Under the pieces are notes generated by a model, which ran no database searches, was not told the DNA's origin, and was given only the letters and a program-made list of their open reading frames with translations. From Macrostomum lignano (Eukaryota), in NCBI GenBank assembly GCA_002269645.1, contig NIVC01002116.1, positions 13,987 through 77,986 on the forward strand: a stretch of DNA of 64,000 nt, written 5' to 3'. Made by a program: the position numbers and the translations under genes. The number at the start of each line of letters is the position of its first letter. The first letter of the stretch is position 1. Below are positions 25,440 to 38,893 of the stretch, piece after piece.

Positions 25440-25712
25440 TCCGCCGACTCCCCTGAGCAGCACACAAGCGCGCGGATACGTACGCAGTCACACGCACAGG
25501 CACACACTCACACAGGAGTGTACAGCGGCCCTGACTTTATTTATCGTTAGGCATGTACACTTCACTGTGCCTTGGGGGTTGGCCCTCAAGGCCGTTAATT
25601 GCACGAGCAGAGCCAAGCCGAGATTCCAGTTTAGCCTCAAATTAATGTGACTGGACTTGGAATCGAGCCCGGGCCGCTGGCACATGAGAACGCCGCGCTA
25701 GACCACTAGGAA
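25440..25712 (-). mobile_element. tRNA-Glu-derived SINE (head at about 25712-25648 plus body)
   Basis: The minus strand reads TTCCTAGTGGTCTAG-CGCGGCGTTCTCA...GCGGCCCGGGCTCGATTCC, resembling tRNA-Glu(CTC) with A-box and B-box but lacking part of the D-arm. The body is shared with 5087-5165 and 46587-46709. Confidence 0.75.
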
Positions 25713-26213
25713 TTAGAATCCTTTTAATTCTGCATGTTGACCTCGACAGATCTCCACAATGCACCACCAACAGAAAAATAATGGATTCGGCTCAGTACAA
25801 AATGCTAATACAAGATTCGCCGCACTCTACTGAAAGTACGATGCAACAGCAAATCAAAGCAGAGCAATCCAAATTGTGCAGAATAAAAACAAAATGAGTT
25901 GTAAATTATTAATTTGTTCCCGTATATTTTTGTTGCACATAGAGGTGTTGAAATATATCTTTTCCTAACATTAACTTCAATTTATCGTGCAGCAGTTGAT
26001 CGAATCTGACAGGCCACAGGTAATTAATAACTGTGGGAACAGCTCGCAGGAATTACTCTCACTCTAATAGCTGGTGAAATGTCTAATCTATTCATCTGTT
26101 TAACCGAAATCGAGCTACTTCAAAGCGTGACAAAACAAAATAGCCGAGTTCTACTGCATAGCTTACTGTCAGTAGTTTAGCATCGCAATTGCAACTTGAC
26201 TGCAACTGCTAAT

Positions 26214-29200
26214 TCAGGGCTGATGACGCTTGCGGAACAGGCCGCTGTAGTACTGCTGGAACAGGTTCTCCGCGCTCTGCCCGCTGCAGCCCGACGGTCC
26301 GGCCGGCCGGCACGCCTGCCTGCCGCCCAGGCCGCGGTAGCCGGACTTGGAGGGCTCCACCGAGCAGCACTGACCGGCCGGGCAGTCCGCGTCCGAGTCG
26401 CAGCCGACGCGTTCGCTGCTGCCCCGGCCGCCGCTGCCTCCGTCGGCGCCTCCGAGGTCGCCAACAATTTCGCCGATGCCGACGCCGCCCTCGCTTCCCA
26501 GCTGTGCCTTGTTGGACGTGCAGCGGCCGTAGGTGGCTGCGACATTGAGGGAGGAGTTTTCACTGTTTACCCCTGATGACCATTTGTATCACCTGAACTT
26601 CCAGAATAGCAAATGCACGCAGGGCAAATGCGTTTTGTCTTTGGTTGATTCATGAGTTTATCCAGTTTCAGTGAAAGGCCAGTTTCTCCGACAATGTTAA
26701 ATGGGATTCTGCCATGGAGGATGCGGGTCGCGAAAGATTTATGCAAGAAAAATTGTTTACATACAATACAGTTATGGGATAGTGGAACTCCTAGTGCCCC
26801 AATTATATTCCTATTTTGTGTTAGCTAAAAACATTCAACACAACTGAAATACCTTTTCTTTGGGTCCCAACGCTTCCTATTTTTTAAAAATCCTGACAAT
26901 ACTTTAACTTACCTAGCTCTGATATTTTACAGGGTTAAAACAAACTACTAACAGTAGCGTAAATGTCTATCTGCATTCTTTTCCCCATTGTCCTACGGTT
27001 TACGAGCGGATGTATCAGCTATGTGTAGTATTATACCTCGACGAAAGTGCCATTAAAAGCTATTAAAAATCAAGCTATATCCAATTTGTGGTTGGACAAA
27101 ATCGTAAAGTATGTTTCTTGTCCTGCAATAGATTTCAGATTAAATCTCTGTACTTCAAAACCTAATACACTCCATTTTTAACACACCGTCATTTTTGTCT
27201 CGTATAACATAAGCCCCAGCTGAACTTTGAAAACCAGGAAATTTGCTAAAATTTGTGATGCAGGAACGCTTATTATACGAGAGTATTCCTCCACAGGTTC
27301 TTACTAAGTATCAACAATAGAAGTGCCAACAACGGTAACTTCTGGTGGTCCTTGGTTCTATCGGCAATGGTCTCATATCGATGAAAAACAGCAGCTCTAT
27401 AGAATGCAACTTTGTAGAAGTTTCCTGAATTTTGCGACTCCCGTAGTTCCTTGTTGACTGCAATTCAGCCGTCTGAGCCGCGACTGCAGTTTTCAAACTC
27501 TTCAATTATTAATGAAAAGGAAATACAAGGCATTTATAGGCGCTTGTTTGCTTAGAAACTCCGCCTAGGATACAAATTATTCAAACCGTTGAACGAGTCG
27601 TGCAGCCATTTCTAGTGCTCAACGCAACCCTGCCTGAGGTCCCTGCAGCGGGGAGCAATCAAGGAAAACTCCTCAGTGTCGTCCTGAGCTACTTCTTAAC
27701 GGCTTCTAGCTTGAGTCCGTGGGACAGTCAAAATTGAATGAGCAATTAAAACTGACATAGTAGAAGGCTGAAGAGACATAGGCTGAGAGATAATTAAGCG
27801 AAATAAAAAATTCACGGAAGAGGGCCGGGCCTTTTTTCGGTTGGAAAAGTCGATGGTGGGCCTCACCAGGGAGTGGATGAACGGACGGCAGCCGTGTGCA
27901 GCGTGACAAAAACTTATTTCTTGTCATTTTCAGAGTGGCGAGGCGCAAATGATTGGAATTGATTGACATCCAGGTCAATCAATTTGGTCAGCGGTCGATC
28001 ATGTCTCCCAGTTGTCTGCTACTTTTCGTATCGCTTCTGAAGCACTTTTATACTGTAGCTAACACAACCTTAGGCCGTCACAGCAACGCCTGAGATGTGG
28101 CTCGATTGTCATTGGACCATTCAAGGCATCCCAAATCCGTCACAGACGTGTCCCAAATGTAAGTAAACAAAAGCAGAACAGCAGTACAATCGAGGACCAA
28201 GCCGTCAAAGTGCCTCCAGAATCCAATATACTAAAAATAATGAGCCAAGCTCGTCAAAAGTTGACGATCAGCAGTATAGCTGCCACTTTTGTAGATTTTT
28301 GCATCCCCCAAATCCCAAAGAAATTCAATTACCGATTGCAGTCAGCGGACCAAAGAGCTTCTTTAGCCAAAGGAGGATTTACTTTTTCTGGCTCTTTGAG
28401 CTGGTTTTGAGTCTCATTTGTTGCATTTCGGCAGCAGAAATCGCACACGCACACACACACACACACACACTCAGCAATGGACTCACAGAAGAGAAGGCTG
28501 GGTTTTCAATCGGCCTCCGTTTGTCACGCGCCAACTGACATAAATCTCGTTCAGTTTCATTTCCTTCGCAACTAATAAAGAATCTTATAGTTTGCTGTTG
28601 TCACCCCTGACTGGATTAAAATTATTGACACTGTTCGTTATGCAAATACATGCACAACAATCAATCAATATACACCAAATCCAGTGTTGGCGAACAGTGG
28701 CTCAACATAATTAAGTGGCTCAACAATGCGCCAGGCATGCACATTTCAATTATCTGCAATACAAAACAGTCTGCACTTTATGCTCTAAAGCTTGTCCTGC
28801 CCTTACTGGCAATTCACTACGCCGGTCTCTCAGCCTCAGCCTCGGGCGAAGACCCACAAACGGATTTTCTCTTGTCTATCAGCGGCTACCTACAGTTGAT
28901 TTATGATTGACCTGCTCGGACCACATTTAGGATTGGTTCATTACTGTGCCGCGTGACCAGCAAACTGCTCATTGCTCACAACAGCAAGCCGGCGCGTGAA
29001 TATGCTAAGCTAATTGATGCATTTGATTGAAGGCCGATTGGTAATCGTTTTTTTAGACATTTTCGCTTTCGCTCCCTAATCAACCAAATTGGAGCGGCTT
29101 TTGCAGCATTCGTAATTTCCCTCTTAATTTGCCTAAATCATGGCATACCGAATTGATCATTTCCCATTCACATTCACGATAGACACCTCGGCCATTTATA

Positions 29201-32200
29201 GATATCCCGGTCATGTATAGAAATCTCTCGGCCATAGACACCTCGGCCACATATACATGTAGACACCTCAACCATAGACACCTCGGCCATGTATATTCAT
29301 CTCGGCCATAGACATCTCAGCCATAGACATCTCAGCCATAGACATCTCAGCCATAGACATCTCAGCCATAGACATCTCAGCCATAGACATCTCAGCCATA
29401 GACATCTCGGCCAAAAGCTCCAAGACGCACTCACCCTGGCTAGCCTTCTCGCAGGTAAAGTCCTCGCAGCAGGCGTCCTGCGTGAAGCAGATTCCGCCGT
29501 CCTTTTCGCACTGAAAGTTTTATAGAAATATAGCCTTAATTTCTTACTTTATTTCTTAACGACTAGCAAATCGTGCTATGCCTTCTCGCACTTTATAAAT
29601 CTTGTTTCTAAGAAACGGTTCTAAAATAACGTGTCAGAACAAAAAGATTTTTTTCAGCAAATTTAAATTGAAATTTTGAGATAAAACTGCACCGGAAGCT
29701 TTTGGGTGAGGAGTGAAGCTGAGAACTCTGACAGCCCGCATTCACTGAATAGGCGGAGCGCTAGGATGGAAACCATTGATGAGGCATCGGCAGCATGCGG
29801 ACCTGACTCACTACTGCTCTATCCTGCTGGTACCGCCTTGCAGCACAGCAAGGCCCACTGCCCTCCATGCAGCAGCAACAGTAGTGTGAAAACAATGGAC
29901 ACGCACATAACTTTTGCTAGCATTTTTTGTGAATGATTTCAATCTACATGGAAGGGAATCAAGTAAGCGTTAAGACTGCAGTGTCAATTATAATCCACAT
30001 ACACCACTTGATTATTATCATACAGACTGAACTGCAATTCAAAGCATGGGATCTGTATGGGATCTGTATGGGATCTGTATGGGATCTGCATGGGACTGTA
30101 CGGGATCTGTATGGGATCTGTATGGGATCTGTATGGGATCTGCATGGGATCTGTATGGGATCTGTATGGGATCTGTATGGGACTGTATGGGATCTGCATG
30201 GGATCTGCATGGGACTGTATGGGATCTGTATGGGATCTGCATGGGACTGTATGGGATCTGCATGGGATCTGCATGGGACTGTATGGGATCTGTATGATAT
30301 CTGTATGGGATCTGTATGATATCTGTATGTGATCTGTATGGGATCTGTATGGGATCTGTATGATATCTGTATGGGATCTGTATGATATCTGTATGGGATC
30401 TGTATGGGATCTGTATGGGATCTGTATGGGATCTGTATGGGATCTGCATGGGATCTGCATGGGATCTGCATGGGACTGTATGGGATCTGCATGGGATCTG
30501 CATGGGACTGTATGGGATCTGTATGGGATCTGCATGGGACTGTATGGGATCTGCATGGTACTGTATGGGATCTGTATGGGATCTGTATGGGATCTGTATG
30601 GGATCTGTATGGGATCTGCATGTGGGATCTGTATGGGACTTTATGGGATCTGTATGGGATCTGTGTGGGTTTTTGTACGGGATCTGTATGGGATCTGCAT
30701 GGGACTGTATGGGATCTGTATGGGATCTGCATGGGATCTGAATGGGATCTGTATGGGATCTGTATGGGATCTGCATGGGATCTGTATGGGATCTGTATGA
30801 TATCTGTATGGGATCTGTATGGGATCTGAATGGGACTGTACCCGGATCTGTATGGGATCTGCACGGGATCTGTATGGGATCTGCACGGGATCTGTATGGG
30901 ATCTGCATGGGATCTGTATGGGATCTGCATGGGACTGTATGGGATCTGTATGGGATCTGCATGGGATCTGTATGGGACTGTATGATATCTGTATGGGATC
31001 TGTATGGGATCTGCATGGGATCTGCATGGGACTGTATGATATCTGTATGGGATCTGTATGGGATCTGCATGGGACTGTACGGGATCTGTATGGGATCTGC
31101 ACGGGATCTGTATGGGATCTGCATGGGACTGTATGGGATCTGTATGGGATCTGTATGGGATCTGCATGGGATCTGCATGGGACTGTATGGGATCTGTATG
31201 GGATCTGTATGGGATCTGCATGGGATCTGCATGGGACTGTATGGGATCTGCATGGGATCTGCATGGGACTGTATGGGATCTGTATGGGATCTGCATGGGA
31301 CTGTATGGGACTTTATGGGATCTGTATGGGATCTGTGTGGGATTCTGTATGGGATCTGTATGGGATCTGCATGGGATCTGAATGGGATCTGTATGGGATC
31401 TGTATGGGATCTGTATGGGATCTACAGCGTCAGGGAGTATCGGGATCGTAGCTAGGACTGCAGGAGATTTGGTGAGAATTAAAGATGCAGCAAATTCGGT
31501 AGACATAAAAGCCAGCCAAGCGGCCCCACAGGTGGAATTCTCAAATACTGTTTGTCTGTCTGAAGTCGCAATCAGTTTCAGCCGAGCCGCCGAAATGAAT
31601 CTGAAACTCTTCTCCATAAAACTGCCAGGCGATCGATAAATTATTTATGGGGCAGCCTCTGGGCATCATCACTTTTGCAGGTATTCACGCATTGCCGCTG
31701 TCAACACCGCCATGGCTGCCCTCCCCCCTGATTCATACCTGTAGGCGGATTTCAAGAGCTGGCTGAGAAGCTGATGGGGTGTGAATTCCGTCTCATGCTG
31801 CCGCCGTGCTGCCACCCCAAGTTGAGCACCCAGCTTCCTTCTCAGCCAGCCGGAGGAATGCTCCCGGTCTCGGGGATAAATTATTGAAAAACAATGCCTG
31901 CCTCGTCGATACGCCCGAGGTGGGGATCCGAGGGGGTGGGCTGGGGGCGACAAGCCGGAAGAATGAAAAGAAAACTGCTGGGTGGGGGACAATTGGCGCT
32001 GCTCTGCTGCGAGATCCCGGATGCGCGTCGTGAGTTTTGTTTTTCACGAACCACCGGCCTCCCACTCGACTGCTTCTGGAAATGCAATATTCAGTAGCGG
32101 GATGAGGCCCGCAAAGATGGAGTGCGACTCGGTTTTCAAGGCGCCTTTTTCTGCGCGCACGGGACCCGAGGCGAGGGCTGTACCGGTTTTTTGCAACCCT

Positions 32201-33923
32201 CCACCCCGAGGCGCAGGGGCAGAAAAGAGGAAAAAACTCCCTCTTTTTTCACTCTTTCTGGTGACGTCAACGCTCAGGGTCAGGATCCCAGATCCCGATC
32301 CCAGATCCCGATCCCAGATCCCGATCCCAGATCCCGATCCCAGATCCCGATCCCAGATCCCGATCCCAGATCCCGATCCCAGATCCCGATCCCAGATCCC
32401 GATCCCAGATCCCGATCCCAGATCCCGATCCCAGATCCCGATCCCAGATCCCGATCCCAGATCCCGATCCCAGATCCCGATCCCAGATCCCGATCCCAGA
32501 TCCCGATCCCAGATCCCGATCCCAGATCCCGATCCCAGATCCCGATCCCAGATCCCGATCCCAGATCCCGATCCCAGATCCCGATCCCAGATCCCGATCC
32601 CAGATCCCGATCCCAGATCCCGATCCCAGATCCCGATCCCAGATCCCGATCCCAGATCCCGATCCCAGATCCCGATCCCAGATCCCGATCCCAGATCCCG
32701 ATCCCAGATCCCGATCCCAGATCCCGATCCCAGATCCCGATCCCAGATCCCGATCCCAGATCCCGATCCCAGATCCCGATCCCAGATCCCGATCCCAGAT
32801 CCCGATCCCAGATCCCGATCCCAGATCCCGATCCCAGATCCCGATCCCAGATCCCGATCCCAGATCCCGATCCCAGATCCCGATCCCAGATCCCGATCCC
32901 AGATCCCGATCCCAGATCCCGATCCCAGATCCCGATCCCAGATCCCGATCCCAGATCCCGATCCCAGATCCCGATCCCAGATCCCGATCCCAGATCCCGA
33001 TCCCAGATCCCGATCCCAGATCCCGATCCCAGATCCCGATCCCAGATCCCGATCCCAGATCCCGATCCCAGATCCCGATCCCAGATCCCGATCCCAGATC
33101 CCGATCCCAGATCCCGATCCCAGATCCCGATCCCAGATCCCGATCCCAGATCCCGATCCCAGATCCCGATCCCAGATCCCGATCCCAGATCCCGATCCCA
33201 GATCCCGATCCCAGATCCCGATCCCAGATCCCGATCCCAGATCCCGATCCCAGATCCCGATCCCAGATCCCGATCCCAGATCCCGATCCCAGATCCCGAT
33301 CCCAGATCCCGATCCCAGATCCCGATCCCAGATCCCGATCCCAGATCCCGATCCCAGATCCCGATCCCAGATCCCGATCCCAGATCCCGATCCCAGATCC
33401 CGATCCCAGATCCCGATCCCAGATCCCGATCCCAGATCCCGATCCCAGATCCCGATCCCAGATCCCGATCCCAGATCCCGATCCCAGATCCCGATCCCAG
33501 ATCCCGATCCCAGATCCCGATCCCAGATCCCGATCCCAGATCCCGATCCCAGATCCCGATCCCAGATCCCGATCCCAGATCCCGATCCCAGATCCCGATC
33601 CCAGATCCCGATCCCAGATCCCGATCCCAGATCCCGATCCCAGATCCCGATCCCAGATCCCGATCCCAGATCCCGATCCCAGATCCCGATCCCAGATCCC
33701 GATCCCAGATCCCGATCCCAGATCCCGATCCCAGATCCCGATCCCAGATCCCGATCCCAGATCCCGATCCCAGATCCCGATCCCAGATCGGGATCCTGGT
33801 ACTCACCGCTCCCCTTCCCTTCCCGCCGATGATGCCGATGAAGGCGTCGGCGGTGCAGCAGCAGGCGATCAGCAGGATGGCAGAGGCAGCAGCAGTGAGG
33901 GCCAGTCGCCTAGTGTGAGCCAT
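26214..33923 (-). CDS. Secreted cysteine-knot protein with two 6-Cys modules (prohormone-3/ITG-like or knottin-like), 3 exons, 171 aa
   Basis: Exons 33923-33807 (signal peptide MAHTRRLALTAAASAILLIACCCTADA), 29510-29435 (CEKDGGICFTQDACCEDFTCEKASQ) and 26536-26214. Canonical GTGAGT donors and CAG acceptors; phases 0 and 1 match. The splice completes an ICK-type motif. C-terminus ...YYSGLFRKRHQP. Confidence 0.85.
29225..29411. repeat. Short array, 15-bp unit CCATAGACATCTCAG, next to the exon 2 donor of the cysteine-knot gene
   Basis: Direct reading. Confidence 0.9.
30045..31423. repeat. Intronic minisatellite, 11-bp unit GGGATCTGTAT with variants
   Basis: Direct reading. Confidence 0.95.
32281..33798. 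repeat. Perfect 13-bp tandem array (CAGATCCCGATCC)n, about 116 copies, bounded by CAGGATCCC / GGGATCCTG inverted ends
   Basis: No variant unit seen. Lines 780 nt apart are identical. The array starts about 10 nt into intron 1 of the cysteine-knot gene. Confidence 0.97.
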
Positions 33924-34281
33924 GCTAGTTGCTAGGGGCTCAACGATGGACTAAAAAAATTCAGCAGTCTGAAAACCAGGTTGACAGAGGGAGAGGCAGG
34001 TCTCCGGAACAGCGCCGATGAAGATGGATAAGTCTGCTAGCGCTGCCGGTCGCGCCACCCCGTGGGCCAACAAATGAGAGCGGAGTCTGCCAGTTGCGGC
34101 TGGAAAGCTTCGGCCTCGTTCTACTATTGGGTAGACCCGTGTGGTTTGGGTTTTTTCATTTTCATGATTCTTGCTCTTGCATCAGCAACATACTGCGCTC
34201 CCAATCTCGAGTAAAATTACAACAGCTAGGGCTAGTATATTGGGAAGCCACATTGTTCCCCATACACACCATGCCCACCAT

Positions 34282-34702
34282 TCCCCACACTCTATGCTAC
34301 ACTACAATCTTTTTCACACTCTATGTCACAACCTTCCACACAATCTATGTCACAACCTTCCCCACACTCTATGTCACAACCTTCCCCACACTCTATGTCA
34401 CAACCTTCCCCACACTCTATGTCACAACCTTCCCCACACTCTATGTCACAACCTTCCCCACACTCTATGTCACAACCTTCCCTACACTATGTCACAACCT
34501 TCCCCACACTCTATGTCACAACCTTTCCCACACTCTATGTTACAACCTTCCCCACACTGTATTTCACAACCTTCCCAACACTCTATGTCACAACCTTCCA
34601 CACAATCTATGTCACAACCTTCCCCACACTCTATGTCACAACCTTCCACACAATCTATGTCACAACCTTCCCCACACTCTATGTCACAACCTTCCCCACA
34701 CT
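34282..34702. repeat. Minisatellite, 24-bp unit TGTCACAACCTTCCCCACACTCTA
   Basis: Direct reading. Confidence 0.93.
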
Positions 34703-36184
34703 ACATTAGCTTTCAGCCGCAGCCGCGGGTTTAATCCAGCCAATACTTCCCGAAGGTCTCATCAAACTCGCGCCTCAAAATCTCAGGGTCCGCGGTGAAG
34801 CAGCTGGCAGAAACCGGGCGACATCTGTGCAAAGAGAAGGCGCGCCAGCTTGGCGTGCGGGCTAGTCAAACAAGGCCTCTGCCAGACACTCCGGCATCCT
34901 GAAACATTGATCGATTGTTTCAAAAATGAGCTGACAGTTTACTAATGCATTTGGGGGGGGGCAGCTGTTTGATCGCAGTTTAAACCCGGGTTCTGATAAT
35001 CTCAAATGCTGGATGGCGAGCACGGAGTATCAGATTATGACGCTACTCGCATGTCACTGCCCCACAGCGTTCACTTTCCCAATCCCCATTTACAAGTGAA
35101 TCCTTGCGCACTTGAGTTACCCGCACTGAGCCGATGGGAAACAAATTGGTTGCTAGGAGAAATGTCTTGGCAGAAAATTTCTTACCTGTCAACCTGCATG
35201 CCCACTTCCTATTGCATTGTCAAGCCCCGGATGCTGACAATGGACCGGCACGGGTTCGGGAAGTGCTCAAACAGTTTTAGCGCTTTTTACGCTCTCCGAA
35301 AGCCTTTTGTTTCTGTTTTCCATCGCGGAAGCGTGACTTCACCGTAGTGGATTTGCTGAAGCCGCACCAACAATCACTTGAACTTGACGGGGAAGCAGCC
35401 CGATGGCTCGCCGGAGGCTGCCGGTTTTCGCTGCATGTTTTTTGCCATAGACGCATGAGTCAGTGTACATGAATATCATTCTCATTTGATTCCATTTTAC
35501 TCATAGACAGTGTGGTTAAACCATAGACAAAACCAATTCTGCAAGATTGAGTGTGCAAGATTGACAATTCTGCACGCAGATTAAACAAAAAGAATTGTCT
35601 ATGGCGGAACCCCTCCATTCAGAGGTGTGCAAAAAAGTAGCAAATCTTTGCAAAATCCGTTTAAAAAACACAACTGCATTTCGAGCGTTGCCGCTCTCCA
35701 ATAGCGCTTCTTTTCTTGCCACACTTGTGAGTGCACTTTGGGCAAAGCACATGCTTGCTTCCTTTGGAATTAGGAAGGTCAGACGGCAAGCTATAGGGAA
35801 TTTAGAGGTTAAAAAACTGAAAACTTTCTTTGTTAGTTAATGTTTTGCAGCGGGCCTCCGGCGAAGCCTGCACGATCTGCGAGTGCTGATTCCTGCTTTA
35901 GTTTTCCATTGTAATTGAATTGACACGACTCAATTGATTTTCTCTTTAGAGTTTGTTGAGAAAAAGCAAAAAAGGCCTTCTGGGTCGGGTCGCTGGCTGG
36001 TTTGACTTTATTTATTTAGATAAAGCGAAGAGAAATTGACGCGTGGGGGGTGGGGGCGCCCAGTGTACGAGCAGATGTACATTGCACGAAAGGGCGGAGC
36101 GGGGTGAAAGGTGAGTCGGCTTTTACTTAATGTAAAGAAAACCATTTGGGCTGAATAAATATGAACTTTTCCGAAACATCCATA

Positions 36185-37190
36185 TTCCCTACTCAAACAC
36201 TCGGATCCCTACTCAAACACTCAGATTCCTACTCAAACACTCAGATCCCTACTCAAACACTCAGATTCCTACTCAAACACTCGAATCATTATTCAAGCAC
36301 TCAGATCCTTACTCAAGCACTCAGATCCTTACTCAAACACTCGGATCACTACTCAAACACTCCTTGAACTCAAACACTCCTTGGACTTGAGTAGCACTCA
36401 AGTCCCTACTCAAACACTCGAATCACTACTCAAACACTCAGATTCCTACTCAAACACTCAGATCCCTACTCAAACACTCAGATCCCTACTCAAACACTCA
36501 GATCCCTACTCAAACACTCAGATCACTACTCAAACACTCAGATCCCTACTCAAGCACTCAGATCACTACTCAAACACTCAGATCCCTACTCAAACACTCA
36601 GATCCCTACTCAAACACTCAGATCCCTAGTCAAACACTCAGATCCCTACTCAAGCACTCAGATCCCTACTCAAACACTCAGATCCCTACTCAAACATTCA
36701 GATCCCCACTCAAGCACTCAGATCCCTACTCAAGCACTCAGATCCCTACTCAAACACTCAGATCACTACTCAAACACTCAGATCCCTACTCAAGCACTCA
36801 GATCACTACTCAAACACTCAGATCACTACTCAAACACTCAGATCCCTACTCAAACACTCAGATCCCTACTCAAACACTCAGATCCCTACTCAAACACTCA
36901 GATCCCTAGTCAAACACTCAGATCCCTAGTCAAACACTCAGATCCCTACTCAAGCACTCAGATCCCTACTCAAACACTCAGATCCCTACTCAAACATTCA
37001 GATCCCCACTCAAGCACTCAGATCCCTACTCAAGCACTCAGATCCCTACTCAAACACTCAGATCCCTACTCAAACACTCAGATCCCTACTCAAGCACTCA
37101 GATCCCTACTCAAACACTCAGATCCCCACTCAAGCACTCAGATCCCCACTCAAGCACTCAGATTCCTACTCAAACACTCAGATCCCTACT
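36185..37190. repeat. Minisatellite, 20-bp unit CAGATCCCTACTCAAACACT
   Basis: Direct reading. Confidence 0.95.
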
Positions 37191-37842
37191 AAAAAAACTC
37201 AGCTCACAAACTAAAAGCATTATATCCTACGCTGGTAGCTGTATATTTTGTTGTCAAGACAAATAACTGTTTAAAATTCTATCCAAGGATGTAGAAAATA
37301 CGGATACTTTCTTGCAGAACATGAAAGCTAATGTGTTACTAACATACAAGGCACATCGTTGCTTGCATCATTGAGACTGTACTATGCAGCAATGAAAGAA
37401 CGAAGGGGTTAAAGCGAAACTCATTCACTCATTGTATGGCGCAGGAGGAGTGCAGAGGCGTCGCAAACTTCTCCATATAGCGACTTGTTTGAAAAGCCCC
37501 TGCAAGCGATGCAGCTGCTTGAAGCCCACTCAGTTTCACTCACTCCATTTTAGGAAAAGGAGGCGTATAGCTATTGCTGGAGAGAAGGCTCCATGCATTT
37601 CTTTTCTACCAAGCTAGAGTGATTCGCATGAATGAAAGCTGCAGTGGCTGTGGGTGCGGAGTCTGTTGCAAAAAAACTCCCAAGACAGATGCTTGCGGGA
37701 AGCTAGTTAGCAACTTTCATTTTTGTTTTTTTTACACCGGGTCATAAGGAGAGCCAGTGTTTCAAGAATCACCTGGGAAATACAAGCTAGTTCTATGCAC
37801 CTACACTGTAATTGCAGAGTAGATTTCGTAGGAAATTCTTGA

Positions 37843-38893
37843 ATATTGTCTATGGCTCCGGCTGAAAATTCTGAAATCGACATATTGCTAATCTGATATT
37901 GTCTATGGCTCGGGCTGAAATATATAGACATTTGCTAATCTGATATTGTCTATGGCTCGGGCTGAAATATATAGACATTTGCTAATCTGATATTGTCTAT
38001 GGCTCGGGCTGAAATATATAGACATTTGCTAATCTGATATTGTCTATGGCTCCGGCTCAAATCTATCGACACATTGCTAATCTGATATTGTCTATGGCTC
38101 CGGCTCAAATCTATCGACACATTGCTAATCTGATATTGTCTATGGCTCCGGCTCAAATCTATCGACACATTGCTAATCTGATATTGTCTATGGCTCCGGC
38201 TCAAATCTATCGACACATTGCTAATCTGATATTGTCTATGGCTCCGGCTCAAATCTATCGACACATTGCTAATCTGATATTGTCTATGGCTCCGGCTCAA
38301 ATCTATCGACACATTGCTAATCTGATATTGTCTATGGCTCCGGCTGAAATCTATAGACACATTGCTAATCTGATACTGTCTATGGCTCCGGCTGAAATCT
38401 ATAGACACATTGCTAATCTGATATTGTCTATGGCTCCGGCTGAAATCTATAGACACATTGCTAATCTGATATTGTATATGGCTCCGGGTGAAATCTATAG
38501 ACACATTGCTAAACTGATATTGTCTATGGCTCCGGCTGAAATCTATAGACATATTGCTAATCTGATACTATCTATGGCTCCGGCTGAAATCTATAGACAT
38601 ATTGCTAATCTGATACTGTCTATGGCTCCGGCTCAAATCTATAGACACATTGCTAATCTGATATTGTCTATGGCTCCGGCTCAAATCTATAGACACATTG
38701 CTAATCTGATATTGTCTATGGCTCCGGCTCAAATCTATAGACACATTGCTAATCTGATATTGTCTATGGCTCCGGCTGAAATCTATAGACACATTGCTAA
38801 ACTGATAGTCTATGGCTCCGGCTGAAATCTATAGACACATTGCTAATCTGATACTGTCTATGGCTCCGGCTGAAATCTATAGGCGAATTGCTA
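37843..38893. repeat. Minisatellite, 48-bp unit GTCTATGGCTCCGGCTCAAATCTATCGACACATTGCTAATCTGATATT
   Basis: Period 48 (38041 to 38089), about 21 copies. Confidence 0.95.

Noticed and set aside
25648-25712. Functional tRNA-Glu gene
   Set aside because: Part of the D-arm is missing, the acceptor stem does not pair, and it is attached to a repeated body, so it is a SINE head.
26177-26576. Ala/Arg-rich ORFs 26177-26563 (-) and 26196-26576 (+) from the track
   Set aside because: Shadow frames of the true Cys-rich exon 3 (26536-26214).
31669-32065. GC-rich ORFs that might be an extra exon of the cysteine-knot gene
   Set aside because: The best donor (ACAG|GTATGA) gives phase 2 in the long frame and does not fit the phase-0 intron. 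Exon 1 joins exon 2 directly, and there is no recognisable homology.
31982-33918. 600-aa RS/PD-repeat ORFs resembling SR proteins
   Set aside because: Translation of the perfect 13-bp array. Only the minus-strand 39 codons at 33923-33807 are a real exon.
38040-38825. 261-aa ORF with 16-aa repeats
   Set aside because: Translation of the 48-bp array.
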